NCBI GenBank assembly: GCA_030141605.1
Contig: JAQGDQ010000515.1
Coordinates: 93,189-157,188, forward strand
Direction of reading: 5' to 3'
Length of the DNA: 64,000 nucleotides
Source of the DNA: Tubiluchus corallicola
Lineage: Eukaryota > Animalia > Priapulida
Shown: positions 54,292 through 64,000 of the stretch, piece by piece
How positions within the stretch are numbered: the stretch's first letter is position 1
Layout of the letters: the number at the start of each line of letters is the position of its first letter
Made by a program: the position numbers and the translations under genes
Notes under the pieces: model-generated
The model's database searches: none
What the model was told of the DNA's origin: nothing
What the model saw: the letters and a program-made list of their open reading frames with translations, nothing else

Positions 54292-54690
54292 TAGGTTTTA
54301 CATGTCAAATGTAGACCTGCGTTAACTCAAATGTAGACTTAGGTAGTTCAAATGTGTCTTGGTAACTCAAATGTAGACTTAGGTAGTTCAAATGTGTCTT
54401 GGTAACTGAAATGTAGATTTAGGTAGTTCAAATGTGTCTTGGTAACTCAAATGTAGATTTAGGTAGTTCAAATGTGTCTTGGTAACTCAAATGTAGACTT
54501 AGGTAGTTCAAATGTGTCTTGGTAACTCAAATGTAGACTTAGGTAGTTCAAATGTGTCTTGGTAACTCAAATATGAGTTAATTACTGATTTATTCAACGT
54601 ACCGCATCTACATTTGACTTACCTAAGTCACATTTGAGTTACCAATACACATTCGAAATTCCTATGTCTACATTTGATGTGTAAAACCTA
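54292..54690. mobile_element. Small TIR element with an internal 40-bp tandem array
   Basis: TAGGTTTTACATGTCAAATGTAGA ... TCTACATTTGATGTGTAAAACCTA; ~6 x AACTCAAATGTAGACTTAGGTAGTTCAAATGTGTCTTGGT in the left arm, inverted copies in the right arm. Confidence 0.75.
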
Positions 54691-56251
54691 TTGTTATTTA
54701 CGGCCGACTTTTACGTGATTTTCAAAAGTCTATTAGCAAAAGTTAATATTTTTGACACAGTGCTAAAAATAATTGCTGTTTTTATAATGTTAGTTTTTTG
54801 CACTTTTAAGCTTTCGTGGATTTTAAGGCAAAGGTAAGTGGATGAATTTAGCTAATATTTCTACAGATTCTTAATTATTATCATTGTCATTGTTACTGTG
54901 CCATATTTGAGATAGTATATTCTAGATTTCTCTCAGGTCAGGTATAAGTAGTTCATTTTGTGCTAGACTTTTTGTATGTCCGTTTGACTCGACTGTGTTT
55001 TTATTGCGTTTTCGCTTTTCCACGGGTGCCCGCTTTGTTAGAATACTAATTCCTTTTGTCAGCGAGGGTTTTTCCTTCCAGTTATGGGGTGTCTGCAACT
55101 TTTATAGGTTCCAAACTGTAAATATTCCTTTTAGATTATTTTTGTCTTTTAATATACATGTAGTATAACTTCTAACGACGTAATGTCTAAGTTCTAATTG
55201 TAGTTGACCAATATAGTAATACAATAACATGTTTCATATAAAATAAAACTAAATATTTTCTCCTACAATGTTATTATTTTATATAATAATAGTTAACAAA
55301 TATAATATATGATGTGCAATTGATAGAACATGTTTTTCTTTGTGGATGAGAATTTATGTAGAATTTTCTCGTACATAATATAAATTATGTATAAATATAA
55401 TGCTGTAATATTTTTATATAATTATTATGTACAGTATAAAATTATTATAATGTATCTAATCAACACAATGATTATCTATTTCTTTTTTAAGATATAGCTA
55501 AAATGTGTAAATTTGTATCTATATCTGTCAATGTTAATGTTTTACATAATAAATATAATGCATATAAATATAAAACACAATTAATATGGTATGATTGTTT
55601 TTCGTGTTAGTTTGTAACGTTTGTAAACAATTTAAATTATATGTAATAATGTATGTTTTTAATAAAGAGCTTCGTTACTATTTACTCACGTCTGAGTCTT
55701 TAAATGTCAAGCATAAACAGTACACATGGTACTAGGTAATAAAAGTTCTTATCAGTTCAGGCAGGCATATTTTTACCATGATTTTGTGTCCCATACATCT
55801 ACTCAGATGGCGCAGTTACGTATTACACGCTTTTTGGTGCAGTTTCTGTGTGCATTTTAACTCTTTGCTGTAGTATGTTTTGAACTATGGACCTGCATAC
55901 GTTTGAATTAAGTAGTTTACTCAGTGTGGAAACATTCCGTTGCATAAATATTAGTTTTCTGTGGACTCTAATGTGTCGTTTGGTTTAGCATCCTTCTGTG
56001 CGTAAAGATACTTTGCGTATTTCTCAACAAATAACTCCAGATTACGGAACTTTTTCAGTAATTTTTTACCTTGAACAGTTGTTTGTGCCTGCCGTATTGT
56101 TTGGCTACTCCAGTAACGATTGTCGATATCATATGCAGTTCTGTGATTGGCTGCTCATTGAATACCTCGGATAAGTGGTCTGTCGCTAAGTGGTTAAGTT
56201 GATTAACGGCACTGTTAAGTTGCTTGGATTCTTGTTTTGCTGATGACCTGT

Positions 56252-63489
<7,238 letters not shown>

Positions 63490-63579
63490 GTAATTATATG
63501 TGTATATTATATGTCTACCTTCACTATATGTATATAGTGTATATGTATATATATTCATACATATACAGATATATATATA

Positions 63580-64000
63580 TAGTTAAAAACAACACAGCCT
63601 TATTAAAATTTTTACATTAAAAAGCTAAAAGTTAAAGTCATGCCAAACATTTCGACAGGCTGCTGCTGTCATCGTCAGTGGTAAATTGACAAACATACAA
63701 TCATTTTACATAGGCAGAGTCCATTATGCACTGATTAAGTAGTTAACAGAAGCCAAATAGGTAATGAGTAGGCAGACCAGTAGTAAAGAAATTGATACAG
63801 TAAATTATGCACTAATTATGTATTTACAAAAAGCCAAATAGGTAATGAATAAGCAGACCAGTATGAAAGAAATTGATACAGTAAATTATGCACTAATTAA
63901 GTATTTACAAAAAGCCAAATGGGTAATGATTAAGCAGACTTGTAGAAAAGAAATTGATACAGTAAATTATGCACTAATTATGTATTTAGAAAAAGCCAAA
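63580..64000 (-). mobile_element. Penelope-like element terminus, copy 2, with a hammerhead and ~80-bp tandem repeats (63720-64000)
   Basis: Homologous to 1-230 in the opposite orientation; ends next to a (TA)n tract. Confidence 0.6.
63641..63683 (-). ncRNA. Minimal type I hammerhead ribozyme motif, core intact
   Basis: Minus strand TACCA-CTGACGA-T-GACAG-CAGCAGC-CTGTC-GAAA-TG-TT-TGGCA. Confidence 0.6.

Overview
AT-rich, intron- and repeat-rich invertebrate animal (metazoan) genomic DNA; the taxon cannot be determined from the sequence. Five protein-coding loci could be reconstructed by hand: (1) the last two coding exons of HAUS1 (+, 791-3714); (2) a complete RPL17 gene (-, five coding exons, 12968-6881, 184 aa, with a TCT/5'TOP first exon near 14232); (3) an intronless GT92/DUF23 glycosyltransferase (+, 21021-22505); (4) a three-exon CD225/dispanin (IFITM/PRRT-like) gene with a PPxY motif and a Tyr/Pro repeat (+, 27420-31349); (5) a TIR-domain gene running off the right edge, with two internal repeats and three splice-compatible candidate first coding exons, one starting MGCSSS. 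The rest is TTAA-flanked (Kolobok-like) and TA-flanked (pogo/Tigger-like) MITEs, LINE 3' fragments, foldback elements, minisatellites and microsatellites. The most notable non-coding items are a TSD-flanked, structured 5S-rRNA-headed SINE in an RPL17 intron and two copies of a Penelope-like terminus with a minimal hammerhead ribozyme at the two window ends. Most ORFs in the supplied track are repeat artefacts. Family assignments are from recognition, not database searches.
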